A DNA stretch of 64,000 nucleotides from Clostridia bacterium (GTDB taxonomy: Bacteria; Bacillota; Clostridia; Oscillospirales; Acutalibacteraceae): the NCBI GenBank assembly GCA_017443805.1, contig JAFSXY010000120.1, positions 600 through 64,599 on the forward strand, given 5' to 3'. The notes under the pieces are model-generated. The model searched no databases, was not told the DNA's origin, and saw nothing but the letters and a program-made list of their open reading frames with translations. This document shows positions 26,061 through 35,522 of this stretch, in pieces. Positions within the stretch are counted from its first letter, which is position 1. Every line of letters starts with the position of its first letter. Position numbers and translations under genes: made by a program.

Positions 26061-27152
26061 TCAAGCGATGATTTCCAGTCCCACGGCGGCGCGAAGGGTG
26101 AGCCGTGCGTCCGCAGCGGTGATGACGCCGTCCGAATAGACGTCGGCAAGCGTATTCACAAGCGCGGAAAATGTTTCCAGACCGACGGAAGCGCGCAGGA
26201 TCAGGCGGGCGTCCGCCGCTTCGATCCTGCCGTTGAGATCCGCGTCGCCGTAATAATACGTTGCGGTTTCCCCACGTTCCGGATGGCATGCGCCGCAGGG
26301 CGTATAGCCCTCTTCCATCAATTCGTCCGCCGTGCCGGAGAGAAAAGCTTTGTTCTGTTCCGCCGTGCGCCGGCCGGTGCCGCAGGTCTCCAGGTGGAAT
26401 TTTTTTGTTTTGGTGTTAACGGTAAAAGTGCAGATCTTCCCTGCGATGTAAGTGCGCGGGGACGGCGCCGGCGAAGCGGATCCTGTCAGGCAGCTGTTGC
26501 CGGTCGCATAATCGATGGTAACGCCGGGCTGGACGTTATAGCAGTAAACGCAAAAGCATATGCCGTCTCCCGCGTCCTCCACGGAGTAAGCTTCCATCAG
26601 CACGCCGCGCGCCACAAGCTCGTCGTCCGTGAAAACGGGCGTCACCCGGTAAAGCACATGGTTGCCGGTCTCTTTTACGTAGTCTGCGACCATGTTTTCA
26701 AAAGGCAGCATTCCCGTAACGTTCAGATAGCGTGTCCCTGTGATGAGATTGCGGCGGTTTGCGTTCTCGGCCGAGAGCTGGTAGCCGATCAGGTGGCAGC
26801 GGTTGTACAGATATTTCCCTTCGACAATATCGTATTTTACGCTTTGCCAACCTGTGGGTTTTACGCTGCCGATCTCGCCGCGCGCGGCGGTCGGCATAAT
26901 GTCGCGCCCCACATTCGCGTAGGCGAGCGTGCATCTGCCGAGGCGGTCCGGCTCGCCGTAATATTCAAACGAGACCGCCGTGTAGTCTTCCTCGGAAAAA
27001 TACGGCGTATTATCGTTGACGGCCGTATAAGGCTGATCGGAAAACGCCGGCACGTCGGCCGCCGAAAGGGCGGATGCCCTTTGCAGTGTAACGGGGGCTG
27101 CCGCGGAAAAAACAAGGAGAACGGCAAAAACAGCACAGAGAATTTTTTTCAT
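26061..27152 (-). CDS. Secreted DNA/RNA non-specific endonuclease (EndA/NucA-like) with an Ada-like Cys motif and a C-terminal dockerin
   Basis: Signal peptide MKKILCAVFAVLLVFSAAAP. Nuclease core RLGRCTLAY...YNRCHLIGYQLSAENANRRNLITGTRYLN. A KFHLETCG...GYTPCGACHP motif follows. Two dockerin Ca-loop repeats are present: DADLNGRIEAADARLILR and DVYSDGVITAADARLTLR. Confidence 0.8.
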   Translation of the reverse strand: MKKILCAVFAVLLVFSAAAPVTLQRASALSAADVPAFSDQPYTAVNDNTPYFSEEDYTAVSFEYYGEPDRLGRCTLAYANVGRDIMPTAARGEIGSVKPTGWQSVKYDIVEGKYLYNRCHLIGYQLSAENANRRNLITGTRYLNVTGMLPFENMVADYVKETGNHVLYRVTPVFTDDELVARGVLMEAYSVEDAGDGICFCVYCYNVQPGVTIDYATGNSCLTGSASPAPSPRTYIAGKICTFTVNTKTKKFHLETCGTGRRTAEQNKAFLSGTADELMEEGYTPCGACHPERGETATYYYGDADLNGRIEAADARLILRASVGLETFSALVNTLADVYSDGVITAADARLTLRAAVGLEIIA

Positions 27153-27565
27153 CTGTCAGTCTCCCTTTCGTAGATTTCTCTTGTGATCACGGGATGGGAA
27201 ACGCCGGAAAAATCTGTTTTTTCACAAAGATAAAATCCCTCCGACGCGGGAGAAAAACAAAAAAACACGTCGGCGGGATAATCCCGGTTCCAGCGGTATA
27301 AAACCAGCCGGTCAAAAGAGCCGCTCGGCGGGAGCATATCCTCAAAAAAGCATATTGCGCCGTCCGGCAGACCGCCGGCCAGGTCGTCATGGCAAAGAAT
27401 ATTTGCTTCCTTCTCCGCAAAAAGCGGCGCGGAATAGGGACGGATATGGATTTTTCGGTCTGCCGCAAGGCGGAGTATGTCGGCTGTAACGGCCGCGTCA
27501 CGGCTGACGCGGCGACGGTTGAACAGAACGCCGCCGTTATCGGCGATACATAAAATGGCAGTCAT
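27149..27565 (-). CDS. Small cytoplasmic hypothetical protein (weak DHFR-fold-like termini)
   Basis: 138-aa ORF with no signal peptide. Its stop overlaps the nuclease start (ATGA). The N-terminal MTAILCIADNGGVLFNRRRVSRD and C-terminal LVLYRWNRDYPADVFF only loosely recall DHFR/RibD-C family strands. Confidence 0.65.
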   Translation of the reverse strand: MTAILCIADNGGVLFNRRRVSRDAAVTADILRLAADRKIHIRPYSAPLFAEKEANILCHDDLAGGLPDGAICFFEDMLPPSGSFDRLVLYRWNRDYPADVFFCFSPASEGFYLCEKTDFSGVSHPVITREIYERETDR

Positions 27566-27589
27566 AAACGCAGCGCCTTCCGGATCAAT

Positions 27590-28003
27590 CTACTTTTCGG
27601 CAATTTCGGTTTTTACGCCTGCAAGGTATTTAATGATCGCCTTGCGCGTAATGATGCCGATAAACATATTTCGGTCGTCCACCACCGGGACGAAATTTTG
27701 GTTATACGCGCGGGAAAGGATCTCGTCGATCGCTGCAGCCGCGTTGACCGCAAGCCAGTCTTTTCGGATGATCTTTTTTAATTCCGTTTTTTCCAGCCGC
27801 CGCAGATCCGGCGTGCCGTTGTTGTACAGCGCCCACAGAAAATCGCCCTCCGTTACGGTGCCGATATATCTGCCGTCTTTATCCGTAACGGGAATGACGG
27901 AAAAACCGTGAAAGCGCATTTTTTCAAGTCCCTGCCGTACCGACGCCTCGTCGGTGATATAGTCAACCTCCGCTTTGGGCGTTAAAAAGTGCATTACATT
28001 CAT
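27590..28003 (-). CDS. CBS domain pair protein
   Basis: 137-aa ORF with two CBS-like repeats (FHGFSVIPVTDKDGRYIGTVTEGD and NQNFVPVVDDRNMFIGIITRKAI). Confidence 0.8.
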   Translation of the reverse strand: MNVMHFLTPKAEVDYITDEASVRQGLEKMRFHGFSVIPVTDKDGRYIGTVTEGDFLWALYNNGTPDLRRLEKTELKKIIRKDWLAVNAAAAIDEILSRAYNQNFVPVVDDRNMFIGIITRKAIIKYLAGVKTEIAEK

Positions 28004-28019
28004 ATAAATTATCCTTCAG

Positions 28020-29417
28020 TCAGATGCCGAAATATTTTTTTGCGTTGCCGAACGCGATATCATTCACAATGTGTTCCAGCGTCGGAAAATCGGCAGGGTA
28101 TTCGCCGTTTTCCACCAGACCGCCGATATAATCGCAAAGGATGCGGCGGAAGTATTCATGCCGCGGATAGGAGAGGAAGGAACGCGAGTCGGTGACCATG
28201 CCAACAAATTTAGCAAGCACGCCGAGATTTGCAAGCGCGGCCATCTGTGCGCGCATGCCGTCGATGTTGTCGTTGAACCACCAGCCGGAGCCGAACTGGA
28301 TCTTGGACGCAGCTTCATCCGACTGGAAATTGCCCAACATCGAACCGAGCGCGTAGTTGTCTTTGGGATTGAGACAAAACAGGACCGTTTTCGGCAGGCT
28401 GTCCTCCTCGTCAAGCGAGTCGAGCAGACGGGAGAGCTTATATGCCACCGCGTCGTCCGCGATCGAGTCAAAACCGGCGTCCGGCCCGAGCCGCCGGAAC
28501 ATTTTGGTGTTGTTGTTGCGCATGGGCCCGATATGGATCTCCATAGCCCAACCGCGTTTGTGGTATTCTTTGGCGAGGAAACGGAACAATTCGGTCTGAT
28601 AGCCTTCGGCCTCTTCTGCCGAGACCGGCTTTCCGGTTCTCGCTTTGGCGAAAACCGCTTCAAGCTGCGTATCGTTCATCCGTCGGTAGGGAATGGGTGC
28701 AAACGCATGGTCCGTCGCCCGGCAGCCCATTTTTTCAAAGAAATCGATCCGGGAGAGAAGCGCCTCCTTTAAGGCGGCAAACGTCGGGATCTCTTTATCG
28801 CATGCGGCTTCCAGTTTTTTAAGCCACTTCGGAAAATCGGCGGCTGCGACGGCAAGCGCTTTGTCGGGTCTGAAGGCGGGAAGCACCCGGACGCCGAAGC
28901 TTTTGTCTCCGGCGATTTTTTCGTGGTAGGAAAGCGCGTCTGCCGGATCATCCGTTGTGCAAACGCATACCACGTTCGACCTGCCGATCAGTTCGCGCGG
29001 CGTAAAGCCGCCGGCGGCGATTTTTTCGTTTGCTTCATGCCAGATCTCGTCCGCGGTGTTTTCACTCAGGGGCGTACGGATATCGAAATACCGCTGTAAT
29101 TCCAGATGCGTCCAGTGGTACAGCGGGTTGCCGATGAAGGCCGGCAGGCACGTTGCCCACGCTTTGAATTTTTCATAGGGCGATCTGTTCCCGGTGATAT
29201 AGTCCTCGCTGACGCCGCAGCCCCGCATGCCGCGCCATTTGTAATGGTCGCCGCCGAGCCAGAGCGCCGCAATATCGTCCGGCGTTTGGTTTTCGTAGAT
29301 CTCTTTGGGAGAAAGATGACAATGCCAGTCAAAGATCGGTTCGTCCTTGCAGGCGTCAAACAGACGCTGCGCCGTCGGGGTGGAAAGCAGAAAGCCTTCA
29401 TCCATAAAGTTTTTCAT
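28020..29417 (-). CDS. uxaC: Glucuronate isomerase
   Basis: 465-aa ORF: MKNFMDEGFLLSTPTAQRLF...PIFDWHCHLSPKEI...GNPLYHWTHLEL...WWFND. Confidence 0.88.
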   Translation of the reverse strand: MKNFMDEGFLLSTPTAQRLFDACKDEPIFDWHCHLSPKEIYENQTPDDIAALWLGGDHYKWRGMRGCGVSEDYITGNRSPYEKFKAWATCLPAFIGNPLYHWTHLELQRYFDIRTPLSENTADEIWHEANEKIAAGGFTPRELIGRSNVVCVCTTDDPADALSYHEKIAGDKSFGVRVLPAFRPDKALAVAAADFPKWLKKLEAACDKEIPTFAALKEALLSRIDFFEKMGCRATDHAFAPIPYRRMNDTQLEAVFAKARTGKPVSAEEAEGYQTELFRFLAKEYHKRGWAMEIHIGPMRNNNTKMFRRLGPDAGFDSIADDAVAYKLSRLLDSLDEEDSLPKTVLFCLNPKDNYALGSMLGNFQSDEAASKIQFGSGWWFNDNIDGMRAQMAALANLGVLAKFVGMVTDSRSFLSYPRHEYFRRILCDYIGGLVENGEYPADFPTLEHIVNDIAFGNAKKYFGI

Positions 29418-29459
29418 TCGTTGGGCCAGCTCCTTTTGGTTCTCTCTTCTCTTGATTGT

Positions 29460-30263
29460 TTACCGGCGTTTCAGCAGGGCGATGGCGCCGGTGGGACAGC
29501 CCTCCGCGCAGGCGCCGCAGGAAGTGCATTTTTCCGGGTCCACAACGGCAACGTTGTTATCCATGGCGATCGCACCGGAAGGGCAGAGCTTTACGCATTT
29601 GGTGCAGCCGATGCAGCCGGCGGCGCACTCCTTGCGCGTCGATGCGCCCTTGTCATGGTTTTTGCAGAGCACGGCGGCGTTGGCCCGCTCTTTCGGCAGC
29701 AGACCGATGATCTTTTTGGGACAAACGGCGATGCATTTTTTGCAGGCGCGGCAGAGGTCTGCGTTGACGACGGCCACGCCGTTGCAAAGCGTGATCGCGT
29801 TGTACGGGCATGCTCTTGCGCAGTCTCCGAGTCCGACGCAGCCGTAGATACAGCTTTTCTCTCCGCCGAAAAGCTGCGCTGCCATTTTGCAGCTGGCAAC
29901 GCCCTCGTATTTCATCTTTTTGTTTGCGTTTTCGCTGCTGCCGCGGCAGAATACCACGGCGGTCATGGGCTCTATGCTTGCGGCCGCGCCGCCGGTCAGC
30001 GCCGCAATTTTTGCGGAAACCTCGCTGCCGCCGGGATTGCAAAGCCCCGTATCGGCGGTCTTGCCCTCGCTCAGCGCCGCGGCGTAGCCCGCACAGCCGG
30101 AAAAACCGCAGGAACCGCAGTTTGCGCCCGGCAGGATCTCTTCAATGGCGGCGGCTTTTTCATCTGTGGGGACCGCCATGACCTTGGACAGTACGGCCAG
30201 CAGAAGACCTGCCAGGATCCCGATCCCGGCAACGATGATAACGGCAAGTAAAATCGGATTCAT
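29460..30263 (-). CDS. rnfB: Rnf electron transport complex subunit B
   Basis: N-terminal TM helix, CGSCGFSGC motif, and several CxxCxxCxxxCP ferredoxin motifs. Confidence 0.88.
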   Translation of the reverse strand: MNPILLAVIIVAGIGILAGLLLAVLSKVMAVPTDEKAAAIEEILPGANCGSCGFSGCAGYAAALSEGKTADTGLCNPGGSEVSAKIAALTGGAAASIEPMTAVVFCRGSSENANKKMKYEGVASCKMAAQLFGGEKSCIYGCVGLGDCARACPYNAITLCNGVAVVNADLCRACKKCIAVCPKKIIGLLPKERANAAVLCKNHDKGASTRKECAAGCIGCTKCVKLCPSGAIAMDNNVAVVDPEKCTSCGACAEGCPTGAIALLKRR

Positions 30264-30279
30264 AAGGCACCGTCCTTTC

Positions 30280-30894
30280 TTATCCTAATAGTCCCAGGCC
30301 CTCTACAAGTCCCGAGAAGCCCAAAAAGCTCATGGAGACGATCGCGGCAGCGATCAGGGTAATGGGCAGGCCTTCTAAAAATTTGGGAACGTCGGCGCCC
30401 TCCAGGCGGGAACGAACGCCCGCAAACAGAACCATGGCAAGCATAAAGCCCGCGCCGGCCGCAAAGGCGTTCATCATGGCGTGCCCGAAGCCGAAACCAA
30501 ACGCCGCGTAATCGCCTATGTAGTCGATATTCAGGATCACCACGCCGAGGACCGCGCAGTTGGTGGTGATCAGAGGCAGGTAGATGCCGAGCGCCTTGTA
30601 AAGGGATTTTACATACTTTTTCAAAACGATCTCTACCATCTGAACAAGCGCTGCGATAACAAGGATGAAGACGATGGTCTGTAAGTAGGCAAGACCGTTG
30701 TTTTCCAGCAGGATATTTAAGGGATAAGTGACTGCGGTCGCGATCAGCATCACGAAGATCACCGCCGCGGACATGCCCACCGCCGTGTTCAGTTTTTTGG
30801 AAACGCCCAAAAACGGGCAGATGCCCAAAAATTTTGCAAGGGTAAAGTTTTGTGTCAGGATCCCCATGACCAACAGTGCGATAAAAAATTTCAT
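30280..30894 (-). CDS. rnfA: Rnf complex subunit A
   Basis: 204-aa polytopic ORF: LGICPFLGVS...LPLITTNCAVLG. Confidence 0.88.
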   Translation of the reverse strand: MKFFIALLVMGILTQNFTLAKFLGICPFLGVSKKLNTAVGMSAAVIFVMLIATAVTYPLNILLENNGLAYLQTIVFILVIAALVQMVEIVLKKYVKSLYKALGIYLPLITTNCAVLGVVILNIDYIGDYAAFGFGFGHAMMNAFAAGAGFMLAMVLFAGVRSRLEGADVPKFLEGLPITLIAAAIVSMSFLGFSGLVEGLGLLG

Positions 30895-31637
30895 ACGTCC
30901 TTTTCCTCCCCGCAGAGCTTATTTGCGCAGGCGTCGGCGCGGGGACAGCCCGCGCAGGGCGACAGCCCGGCTTTTTTCAGGCCCTTACCCTCGGCAAGGC
31001 GGTTTGCGGCGGCCATCAGAAGCCCGAAGACGAAGAAGCCGCCGGCCGGCAGGATGAACAGTGTCATCGGCGCAAGGCCGATCTTTGCAAGGCCGCCGGT
31101 GAAATCAAAGCCCTTGAACGAGCAGCCGATCATGGCGTCGATACCGGAAAGGAAAGTGCCGGCTCCCAAAATTTCACGTACGGTGCCCATGCAGAACAGC
31201 GCGGCCGTGAAGCCGATGCCCATGCCCAGACCGTCCACAGCGGATACCAGCACCGGACTTTTGCCGGCAAAGGCTTCCGCACGGCCGAGGATGATGCAGT
31301 TGACGACGATCAGCGGCAGAAACACGCCCAGACTTTCGTCCAGTGCGGGAACAAAGGCTTTGACCAGCATCTGGACCATCGTGACGAAGGAGGCGATCAC
31401 CACGATGTAGGCTGGGATGCGCGCTTTGGAGGGAATGACCTTCCGCAGCGCCGAAATGGCAATGTTGGAACAAATCAGAACGATGGTGGCCGCAATGCCC
31501 ATGCCCACGCCGTTGACCACGCTTGTGGATGTGGCAAGGGTGGGACAGGTGCCGAGCACCAGTCGCAGCACCGGGTTTTCCCGCAGAAAGCCCTTGGTCA
31601 GTTCATTCTTTAGATTATATTTTTTCTTTTCGCTCAT
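30891..31637 (-). CDS. rnfE: Rnf complex subunit E (with a Cys-rich C-terminal tail)
   Basis: NPVLRLVLGTCPTLA...LPLIVVNCIILGRAEAFA. The extra tail reads SPCAGCPRADACANKLCGEEKDV. Confidence 0.85.
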   Translation of the reverse strand: MSEKKKYNLKNELTKGFLRENPVLRLVLGTCPTLATSTSVVNGVGMGIAATIVLICSNIAISALRKVIPSKARIPAYIVVIASFVTMVQMLVKAFVPALDESLGVFLPLIVVNCIILGRAEAFAGKSPVLVSAVDGLGMGIGFTAALFCMGTVREILGAGTFLSGIDAMIGCSFKGFDFTGGLAKIGLAPMTLFILPAGGFFVFGLLMAAANRLAEGKGLKKAGLSPCAGCPRADACANKLCGEEKDV

Positions 31638-32203
31638 TATGCCGCCTCCCCTGTGAGTTCGTCATAGAAACCGCGCGCCGTATTGACGGCGGACGTAACG
31701 GCCTTGCTTGTGATCGTTGCGCTGGTGATGGCCGCGATCTCATTTTTGTCTGCGGCGGCGTTCTTGATAACGGAAAGCACGCCGTCCGAACCGATATACT
31801 GCCGCAGAAAATCTTCTTTCTTCGCGTTCATGCCGAGGCCGGGCGTATCTTCGATAGACAGGATCTTGATGCCGGTCACAACGCCGTTTTTGTCAAAGCC
31901 TGTCATTAATTCCAGTTTACCGCCGTAGCTGGAGGCGGAGGTCGTAAACACGTAGCCGCAGACGGCGCCCGTTTCATCCGTGCCCACGTAGCCCGTGCTG
32001 CCGTCGGAGAGCGTTGTTTCCGTAAAGGTTTGGGCGGCGGGCAGCACCTCCGCGCGCGCGGCATTTTCGGACGCCTGCCGGTTTTGTGCGGTCACAGGGG
32101 CCGTCACGTGGTTGACGACCGCCAGAAGTCCGGCCGCGACCGCGCAGATCAGGAAAAGCGAAACAGCAGTCGTAATGATTTCACGTACGTCTTTTTTCTT
32201 CAT
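31637..32203 (-). CDS. rnfG: Rnf complex subunit G (FMN-binding)
   Basis: Start set at MKKKDVREIITTAVSLFL (ATG 32201-32203), giving an ATGA overlap with the rnfD stop. FMN-attachment-type motif AAITSATITSKAV. Confidence 0.82.
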   Translation of the reverse strand: MKKKDVREIITTAVSLFLICAVAAGLLAVVNHVTAPVTAQNRQASENAARAEVLPAAQTFTETTLSDGSTGYVGTDETGAVCGYVFTTSASSYGGKLELMTGFDKNGVVTGIKILSIEDTPGLGMNAKKEDFLRQYIGSDGVLSVIKNAAADKNEIAAITSATITSKAVTSAVNTARGFYDELTGEAA

Positions 32204-33207
32204 GCCGCTTTGCCCTCCTTTTTCTTTTTTGATTTGATAAAACCGAAATATTTCGGCTGCGTCAGCTTTTCGATCAGCGGACACGCGATGTTCATCAGCA
32301 AAATGGAGTAGGATACGCCCTCCGGCAGAGAGCCGTACAGGCGGATCACGGCGGTCAGAATGCCGCAGCCGACGCCGAATACGATCTTGCCGCCGGTATT
32401 GACGGGGCTGGTCGCATAGTCCGTCGCCATAAAGAAAGCGCCGAGCAGCAGGCCGCCGCCGAGCAGCTCATAGGCGGTCCAGGTGAGATCAAAGCGGGAA
32501 GCAAAGAGGCTGATGACCGCGACCGTTCCGATAAAACTGAAAGGAATGGCGGGCTTGATAACGCCTCTTGCCAGCAGATAGACGCCTCCAAGCAGCAGCG
32601 CCGCGGCGCAGGTCTCTCCGATACAGCCGGCGCGTACGCCGAGGAACATCTTCAAAAGCGAGGGCAGCTCGCCGTTTGCAACGAGCTGCGCAACGGATGT
32701 GCCGTCCGCGGAGGAGAGTATGTTCAGCGGCGTGGCTGTGGATACCGCGTCCACACCGCCTGCCACCGGCGAAGTAAAACCTGTCATGGCGGAGGCAAAG
32801 GATACCAGCAGCACGATCCGCGCCGTGATGGCGGGATTGGCGAAATTCTGTCCCAGGCCGCCGAAAAACTGTTTTACGACCACGATCGCCGCAAAAGCGC
32901 CGACCACGCACATCCAGAGCGGAATAGAGACCGGCAGGTTAAAGGCCAAAAGCAAACCCGTTACAACGGCGCTCAAATCACCTACGGTGCAATCCCGTTT
33001 CATCAGGCGGCGGGAAAGATACTCAAACATTACGCTGCTGAGCACGCACACGGCGATCACCAGCGCTGCGCGCAGCCCGAAGACCGTCACGCCGGCAAAC
33101 GCGGCGGGGATCAGCGCGATGATCACGTCCAGCATGATCCGTCTGGTCGTCGCGGTGCTTTTGACATGCGGAGACGCGCTGACAGTTAAGATCTGTTTTT
33201 CTTCCAT
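32200..33207 (-). CDS. rnfD: Rnf complex subunit D
   Basis: Start set at MEEKQILTVSASPHVKS. Polytopic, with a flavinylation-type motif AVSTATPLN. Confidence 0.85.
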   Translation of the reverse strand: MEEKQILTVSASPHVKSTATTRRIMLDVIIALIPAAFAGVTVFGLRAALVIAVCVLSSVMFEYLSRRLMKRDCTVGDLSAVVTGLLLAFNLPVSIPLWMCVVGAFAAIVVVKQFFGGLGQNFANPAITARIVLLVSFASAMTGFTSPVAGGVDAVSTATPLNILSSADGTSVAQLVANGELPSLLKMFLGVRAGCIGETCAAALLLGGVYLLARGVIKPAIPFSFIGTVAVISLFASRFDLTWTAYELLGGGLLLGAFFMATDYATSPVNTGGKIVFGVGCGILTAVIRLYGSLPEGVSYSILLMNIACPLIEKLTQPKYFGFIKSKKKKEGKAA

Positions 33208-33226
33208 ATCCAAAACCTCATCTATC

Positions 33227-34570
33227 TTATTTGTTGTTACGGATAACGTCCTTGGCAAGGCGCATATATTGCACAAGCGGCTTGCCCGCCGGACAGGCGT
33301 AGGCGCAGCTGCCGCATTCCATACAGACCATGGTCCCCATTTTTTTCAATAGGTCCGCGTCGCCCGTCAGCGCGGCGCGTTCGATCTTTGTGGGGATCAG
33401 GCCCATCGGGCAGACGTCGTGGCAGCGGCCGCAGCGGATGCAGGCGGTCTGCGGCTTTGCTTCGGCGGTTTTTGCCGAAAACGCAAGCAATGCGTTGTTG
33501 CTTTTCAGCAGCGGCGCGTTGGTGTCTACGACCGCCGTGCCCATCATCGGGCCGCCGGAGAGAATTTTTGCAGGCGTCTGCGTAAAGCCGCCGCAAAAAT
33601 CGATGATATCCGCAAAGCTTGTGCCGATGGGAACGCGGACGTTGCCCGGCCGGGCGATACAGTCGCCGCTGACGGTTACGGACCGGCTGACCAGCGGTCT
33701 GCCGGTTTTTAAGTACCGCGCGACGAAAGCAACGCTTGCCACGTTCATCACGATGCACCCCACGTCTGCAGGCAGCCCGCCCGCGGGCACTTTTCTGCCG
33801 GTCGCCGAGAGAACCATCATTTTTTCCGCGCCCTGCGGGTAACGGGATTTCAGCGTCATCAGCCGTACGATGTTGCCTGTTTCAATATCTTTATCGGCAA
33901 TGTTTTTCAGAATTTTGATCGCTTCCGGTTTATTGTCTTCCACCGCGATGATCACACGTTTGAAACCGTAAAGCTGGGAGAGCGTATACACGCTTGCGAT
34001 GATGTTCCAGGAATTTTCAATGCACTCGCGGTAATCCACCGTGATATACGGCTCGCATTCCGCGGCGTTGACGATCAGCGTATCGATCGGTTTGTCGGGG
34101 GAGACCGTGAGCTTTACAAAGCTCGGGAAGCCTGCGCCGCCGAGTCCTACAAGGCCGGAAGCGCGTATGGCTTTTACCAGGTCCTCTTTTGTATGGACCT
34201 CCGGCGGGGCGACGCCTGCAAAAACGGTGTTTTTCCCGTCGCTTTCAATGGTGACTGCCGGCGCCATTCTGCCGTTGGAGAGCTTGACGTCTGCAATGGC
34301 GGTAACGGTACCGGAAACGGAGGCGTGGATGGGGACGCTTAAAAACTGGTCGCTGTCGCCCACGACCTGCCCGATATCCACGTGGTCGCCCTTTTGCACC
34401 GTCGGCGTACAGGGCGCGCCGATATGCTGCTGCATGGGCAAAACAACGGTTTTCGGCGTGGGGATCCGTACCGTTTCACTCTCGGCGGTAAATTTGCTGT
34501 GGTCGACCTTGACGCCGCCTCTGCCGCGGGAAACAGCGTGCAGAATGGCGTCCGGACGAAGATTGCTCAT
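33227..34570 (-). CDS. rnfC: Rnf complex subunit C
   Basis: 447-aa ORF with GLVGLGGAGFP (NADH/FMN-type) and two 4Fe-4S motifs, CIRCGRCHDVCP and CMECGSCAYACP. Confidence 0.9.
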   Translation of the reverse strand: MSNLRPDAILHAVSRGRGGVKVDHSKFTAESETVRIPTPKTVVLPMQQHIGAPCTPTVQKGDHVDIGQVVGDSDQFLSVPIHASVSGTVTAIADVKLSNGRMAPAVTIESDGKNTVFAGVAPPEVHTKEDLVKAIRASGLVGLGGAGFPSFVKLTVSPDKPIDTLIVNAAECEPYITVDYRECIENSWNIIASVYTLSQLYGFKRVIIAVEDNKPEAIKILKNIADKDIETGNIVRLMTLKSRYPQGAEKMMVLSATGRKVPAGGLPADVGCIVMNVASVAFVARYLKTGRPLVSRSVTVSGDCIARPGNVRVPIGTSFADIIDFCGGFTQTPAKILSGGPMMGTAVVDTNAPLLKSNNALLAFSAKTAEAKPQTACIRCGRCHDVCPMGLIPTKIERAALTGDADLLKKMGTMVCMECGSCAYACPAGKPLVQYMRLAKDVIRNNK

Positions 34571-34577
34571 TGAACAC

Positions 34578-35102
34578 TCATCCTTTCTTTATAAAAGGGA
34601 ATAGTTTACGCAGTGCGGGAATTACGGCGTTCAGCGCCGTGCCGGTCAGCAGACCGAAGCCTGCGCCGGAAAGCAGCAGCACGGGCGCCAGATACCAATA
34701 GGCGCCGCTGCCAGATAAAAGGGAAACGGCAAACAGCTGGGAAAGATTGTGCAGACAAGCGCTGATCACGGATACGCCTGCGTAGGAGAGCTTTTTTGCG
34801 TATCTTAAAAGCAGCGCCGTGGCCGTTACGCTGATCATGCCGCCGGAAAACGATAAAATGCCTGCCCAAACGCCCGCTGACAGCAGCGTAAAGGCGGATT
34901 TGACCGCCGCAATGCCAAGCGCGTACGGAAACCCCATCGCGGTGCATGCGAACGTGACGATAATATTGGAAAGCCCTGGCCTGACGCCCGGCGGCAGCGG
35001 CAATGCGGCGCAGACCGCGCGTTCCAGAAATGCGGTCGCGATTGCGAGCGACGCAAGAATGCCGGTTATGGCGGCGCGCTGTGCGGGAGAATTTTTTTTC
35101 AT
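34578..35102 (-). CDS. Gx transporter family membrane protein (heptaprenyl diphosphate synthase component I-like)
   Basis: 174-aa ORF with 5-6 TM helices: ITGILASLAIATAFLE...RPGLSNIIV. It sits in the gene context typical of this family (NusG-II protein and ApbE upstream). Confidence 0.7.
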   Translation of the reverse strand: MKKNSPAQRAAITGILASLAIATAFLERAVCAALPLPPGVRPGLSNIIVTFACTAMGFPYALGIAAVKSAFTLLSAGVWAGILSFSGGMISVTATALLLRYAKKLSYAGVSVISACLHNLSQLFAVSLLSGSGAYWYLAPVLLLSGAGFGLLTGTALNAVIPALRKLFPFIKKG

Positions 35103-35141
35103 AAACGCAATATCACATATTTCGGTATAGTATAAAACGCT

Positions 35142-35522
35142 TCAGTATACGACGGCGTCCGGCGTTTTTTCGTCCGTCTTGCCCGTAATATATACGATGG
35201 TTTTGTTTGGCAGACAGGCGGCCGTCTGTCCCGGGGACGTCAGCTTTCCGCAGCGGATACAGTCCCGGCCCTTACAGTCGGAGGCCAAAAAGCAGATCGC
35301 ACCGGGACTGACGGCGAGCGTCACGCCGCTGTCCAACGCGATCGTATATTCCCCGGTTACGCTTTCCAAATCGATCTCATACAGTGTTTTTCCGTTTTCA
35401 ACCACCACCGCGACGGTTTTTTTGCCCGAACGGGACATAATAAACAAAACGGCGCAGAGGATCAAAATGACGGCGAGGGGGATCAGGTCCGCACCCCGCA
35501 GCAGTTTACGGTCTTTCTTCAT
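35142..35522 (-). CDS. NusG domain II-containing membrane-anchored protein (DUF1312-like)
   Basis: 126-aa ORF with an N-terminal TM helix, a beta-rich domain, and a CKGRDCIRCGKL...AACLPNK motif. Confidence 0.7.
   Translation of the reverse strand: MKKDRKLLRGADLIPLAVILILCAVLFIMSRSGKKTVAVVVENGKTLYEIDLESVTGEYTIALDSGVTLAVSPGAICFLASDCKGRDCIRCGKLTSPGQTAACLPNKTIVYITGKTDEKTPDAVVY

Noticed and set aside
26035-26289. 85-aa N-terminal extension of the malQ ORF
   Set aside because: It is Arg-rich, overlaps the nuclease gene end, and the conserved GH77 N-terminus (MNRASGVLLHISSLPG) begins at the internal ATG.
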